Origin: Eledone cirrhosa | Lineage: Eukaryota | Length of the DNA stretch: 64,000 bases | Reading direction: 5' to 3' | NCBI GenBank assembly: GCA_964016885.1 | Contig: OZ024766.1 | Coordinates: 14,322,001 to 14,386,000, forward strand | Shown: piece by piece, positions 63,618-64,000 of the stretch | Position numbering within the stretch: position 1 is the first letter of the stretch | Layout: each line of letters starts with the position of its first letter | Made by a program: the position numbers and the translations under genes | Notes under the pieces: generated by a model | Seen by the model: only the letters and a program-made list of their open reading frames with translations | Told to the model about the DNA's origin: nothing | Database searches by the model: none

Positions 63618-64000
63618 CAGAGGTCGGCATCCTTTTGGGGTGTGCGGGCCACATTGCTATGGAGTGCCACACAGGCAGGCCACATTTCTATGCAGTGTCT
63701 CACTGGCAGGCCACATTGTTACGAAGTGTCTTGTCAGTTGCTCACATTGCTATACAGTGTCTTGTCAGCAGGCCACATTGCTATGGAGTGTCTTGTCAGC
63801 AGGCCACATTGCTATGGAGTGTCTTGTCAGCAGGCCACATAGCTATGGAGTGTCTTGTCAGCAGGCCACATAGCTATGGAGTGTCTCACCAGCAGGCCAC
63901 ATTGCTATGGAGTGTCTTGTCAGCAGCCCACATAGCTATGGAGTGTCTTGTCAGCAGCCCACATAGCTATGGAGTGTCTTGTCAGCAGGCCACATTGCTA
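63618..64000. repeat. Second copy of the hAT element left end and 31-bp satellite, running off the window
   Basis: Matches the sequence from 57201 onward. Confidence 0.92.

Overview
AT-rich, repeat-dense eukaryotic genomic DNA. The SINE/LINE families look cephalopod (Octopus-like), which is my inference from recalled repeat families. The right half (31-64 kb) holds eleven 138-bp, phase 1-1, AG..GT-bounded exons on the minus strand. Each encodes one 8-cysteine EGF/laminin-EGF-like module of a MEGF10/11/SCARF/Draper-type multi-EGF protein that begins beyond the right edge. The array is still growing by tandem cassette duplication, and most of its introns carry their own satellite, one of them built from the exon itself. 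The left half is mostly decayed transposons: a full-length Helitron fused head-to-tail to its own mini-derivative, several RTE-class LINEs, a Penelope element with an inverted pLTR whose other copy was overwritten by host intron DNA, MITEs and tRNA-SINEs. It also holds a pair of minimal type I hammerhead ribozyme motifs with covarying stems near the left edge. Most long ORFs in the supplied track are satellite artefacts.
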